Assembly (NCBI GenBank): GCA_030390025.1
Contig: CM059431.1
Coordinates: 118,608,001-118,672,000, forward strand
Source of the DNA: Squalus acanthias
Lineage: Eukaryota
Direction of reading: 5' to 3'
Length of the DNA: 64,000 nt
Of the stretch, positions 60,706 through 64,000 are shown one piece after another. A program made the translations under genes and the position numbers. Under the pieces are notes generated by a model. It ran no database searches, had not been told where the DNA came from, and saw nothing but the letters and a program-made list of their open reading frames with translations. Each line of letters begins with the position of its first letter. The stretch's first letter is position 1.

Positions 60706-61360
60706 GGGAGTTAAATTGGGCTGCTTAGCGCCTGTTTATCAGGGTTTATCCAATTTAACACCCGATGTGTATTAAAGGGGTGTAATGAAATGGAGGCCAG
60801 TTTTCTCCAACATCATAAAGATTAAACTTGAGGGAGCAAAATGAACTAAAAAGGCCATCTATCTCTTTGATGGGGGCATGGGGTGGGATTACGCTGCTCT
60901 TAACACACTGTGTGTTAAATGAGAGACCATTTATTTGAGCACATTGCAGGAAAGCACAAATTTACTCAGTAAGCTTTCTTGGAGGCTAAGTGCAGTAAAT
61001 GATGCACAACTGAGCAACCAACCAGACAACACCTATAATAATGTTGCTGAATCGCTGTCAGCCATCCTAATAGGCACACAGCCACTGTAAATAATGCTCA
61101 GTGCATTGATCAGTGCATTGGTTGCTAATGGAGAAAGCAAGGAGATCTCGAAAAACGTGCCTCACAGAAAAGATCCTACAGATTAATGTGGATGGCATGA
61201 GGGAACCACAAATTTTGATTCCAAAGGATAGTACACGGTTAGAGTATCCTGAAAATGTGGAACTAGATTGCATCGAAGGCAAACTGGGTGTTTACTATCT
61301 GCCGCACTTGGAAGGATGTTTGGCTGAAAGTGTATGATTTGAAGAAAAGCGCCACGATAG
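60706..61360 (+). mobile_element. Ancient Harbinger left end with a decayed Myb exon
   Basis: End resembles the reverse complement of 15332-15361; MEKARRSRKTCLTEKILQINVDG..ILIPKD...RTWKDVWLKVYDLK resembles the Myb exons elsewhere in the window. Confidence 0.45.
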
Positions 61361-62569
61361 ACCATCAAGATGACTGTCAATTATCTTTCTTAGCTGCATT
61401 TGAGTACGGCTGCCAATTACCTTGTTATGCATGGAGCTTGCAGGTGGCTGCTATGTTTACTTGAATCGTGTCAAAGAAGGGCATTGTCAAATCAAATTTA
61501 TTCAGCAGCATGCTGGAACTGGAGCACAAAAGCGAGGTAATGAGGATATTTCAGATGATTATAACAGGCTATAAGATGCTCACATAGAGTTGCAGCTGAG
61601 ACTGATTATCAACTTACTATCCTTATGTACAGATGGAACTGATTAATACAAAACTACCCACAGTGCATTTCTCACTTCAGCCTGAAGAGTATTTGACTCC
61701 GTTAAGCAGCATATACACGATTGTGCAGCCTTCCCTTCTCTCTGCAAAATATCATATCAGGCAAGGCATGTTTTCCTTTGCTGGTGTTCTTTATCTGCTA
61801 CAAGCAAGATATGATGAACATCAGTTCTAGGAGATTATATAGGGCTCGGGGGCATTCAATTTTGTGGAGACTACAACACTCCTGGTTTTATTCGCACATG
61901 GTCATTGTGGCGATGATTTTCCCTTTTGTCAGGTTCAAAGCAATGTTTGTGTACTGTCATCGAAACAATATATGAAACAGTGCTCATGTGGTTACCCTGT
62001 GCAGTTTTTTAACAGGTAAGTCATAAACTCAGGCGGTGGAAGTTGGTCCCATGGGATTGCTGCACTCACCTCAGCGTTCTGCAGTACCTACATCACTGGT
62101 ATTAGACAAAAGTTCAATTACAAGTGTTTCAGAGCGACTTTAATGAGTTGGAGGAAGGAACTTAAAATGGGTCCTGTCTCATAGGTGAGGGCAGAGGTGG
62201 TGCTTGATAGAAAGCTTGGCTGGTACTGAATGGAGGGTCAGCAGGGCCATGGGCCCCACTGGACTGCTTTGTGACTGAGACATTACTGGGGCCATTAAGG
62301 AAATGGTGGAAACTTCGCAAGCTTCACAAGGTACTTACTTTATTGAATATGATTCAATCTAGTTTGGGTACATATAAGACACCCAACATTCGTGGAGCCC
62401 AGCTCCCCTGCTGGAAGTGCAGCAATCCAGAATTCTGGCAAGAAGTCTGTTGTGGCCCTCATTCAATCCCAAATTCCAAGGTAGGATTTATTTGCATAGA
62501 CCTGTACCATTTCCAGTATAATTAGGGTAATTACACTGGAAGGGGACCAAGAATTTAACCTTACTATTA

Positions 62570-64000
62570 TGATATATGGCCAACAGCTCTCATGCAGGCT
62601 CAGCTTGCTGCCGCGCAAGCTCAGACTGCTGCCGTCGTGGCTGCATTTACCAGTGTGGAAATGGGCTCGCAGGGTTTCACATCAGTCCAGCAATTTGTTC
62701 TCCAACAGATTACTAAGAATGCTGAGGAGCCGCCCCAGGGGAATGGCAGTGGCTTCAAGAAGCACAAACCTGCTGTGCTCTCTCAGGATGGCAGCATTCA
62801 TCCTCCCACCACTGCCACTCCGTCAGTGCCCTTGCTGTTGCCTATCAGCCAGCCAGCCCAGACTGCTGCCGTCCATGCCGAGGTGGGCCTTCGAGGTCCA
62901 GAGCTGCTCAAGGTCGTCCGGCAAGGATATCTGCAGTCTCCCCCGCTGAAAGTCAGCAGCCTTTCACCAGCCATGCTGCAGTCACTGGGGTAGCACTTCG
63001 TAGGAGCACTAGGACAGGCAAAGGCACACAGAAGACAGGCACGAAGGGAATGCACAAGGGTGATTAGTTGACTTTGTTATGTAATATTGGATGGATTCAT
63101 GTATAAAGTTGGATTGGAATGTTTCTTCTGTGATGGCTTTTATTTCAGTATTGTGGCCAAGAGGAAGCTGTGATGGTCAGTAACAGAGGGAAGGTAAGAT
63201 GTGGGACTATTGCTGAGTGGGGATTTGCGGTTGTATTGATTGGTACCAGAGTTGGATGGTTCGATCACGGGCAGCCTGGGCTGAAAGGGACTGTCTGGGT
63301 TGCCACTTCCCTTCCATTTCCAACTCTTCTGCTTCCTCTTCCTCCTCCTCACCGTATGTTTGGTGGCAAGGGCTGTGCCCTCATGATAGTGAGGTTGTAG
63401 AGCATACAGGAGACCACGATGAATCTTGAGATGCACTCTGGTGAGTACAGCAGGGCTCCTCCAGAGCAGTCCAGGCAGTGGAAGCATTGATATAGGATGC
63501 CAGTGGTCTATTCTATCAGGTTCCGTGTGGTAGCATGGCTTTCATTGTATGCATGCTGCCCACTTGTACGTGGGTTGCGCAGTGGAGTCATGAGCCAGGT
63601 GGTCAGTGGATAGCCCTTATTGCCCAGTACCCACCCTCAGATTTGTCAAATTGCCTCAAAGACTGAGGGAACAGTGAACTGTCACAGAATAAAAGCATCA
63701 TGACTGCTGCTAGGATACCGGGCCTCATGATGTGCTGAGCATGGTCGCACCAACTGCACATTCAGCGAGTGGTAACCTTTGTGGTTGCGGTACATCTCAG
63801 CATTTAGATGCAGCGTCTGCAAAGCCACATGCATGCAGTCGATGGCACCCTGAACCATGGGAAAGCCCGCTATCCTGGCAAAGCCACGTGCATGCTCCGC
63901 TTGCTTCTCTCTGGTCAGATAGAAGGCAATGAAGTCCCCTCTCCTGGCATAAAGAGCATCTGTCAACTCTCTTAAGCAGCAGTAGATGGCGAACTGGGAG
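62570..64000. mobile_element. Harbinger element fragment: Myb-partner C-terminus (+, 62592-62993) and transposase remnant (-, ~63200-64000), continuing beyond the window
   Basis: GFARIAGFPMVQGAIDCMH..KGYHSLNVQLV..SSHD; 3' ends homologous to 2209-2405 and 29150-29450. Confidence 0.85.

Overview
Eukaryotic, repeat-dense vertebrate DNA, most likely from a cartilaginous fish (inferred from Deu-domain SacSINE1-like SINEs, abundant CR1 LINEs, Penelope-like elements and Harbinger transposons). No host protein-coding gene is recognisable, so the window is probably intronic or intergenic, and it is largely a layered stack of mobile elements. (1) PIF/Harbinger DNA transposons: several copies with a DDE transposase convergent on a Myb/SANT-type gene (introns visible in one copy), plus many MITE derivatives. 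(2) CR1 LINEs, including a near-intact full-length copy (ORF1 with Zn finger and SGNH esterase; ORF2 APE+RT broken only by one A missing from a homopolymer) whose 5' end is a ~1.35 kb array of 37-bp monomers. (3) Penelope-like elements: one 5'-truncated but open RT+GIY-YIG ORF and four short fold-back insertions, all with 13-15 bp target duplications. Several carry minimal type I hammerhead ribozyme motifs whose stems covary between copies. (4) Four different solo LTRs with TG..CA ends and 4-bp TSDs. (5) tRNA-derived SINEs. Several nestings let the insertion order be read directly from the TSDs. No CRISPR array or prokaryotic system is present. Coordinates were read by eye, and the ends of degenerate elements are approximate.
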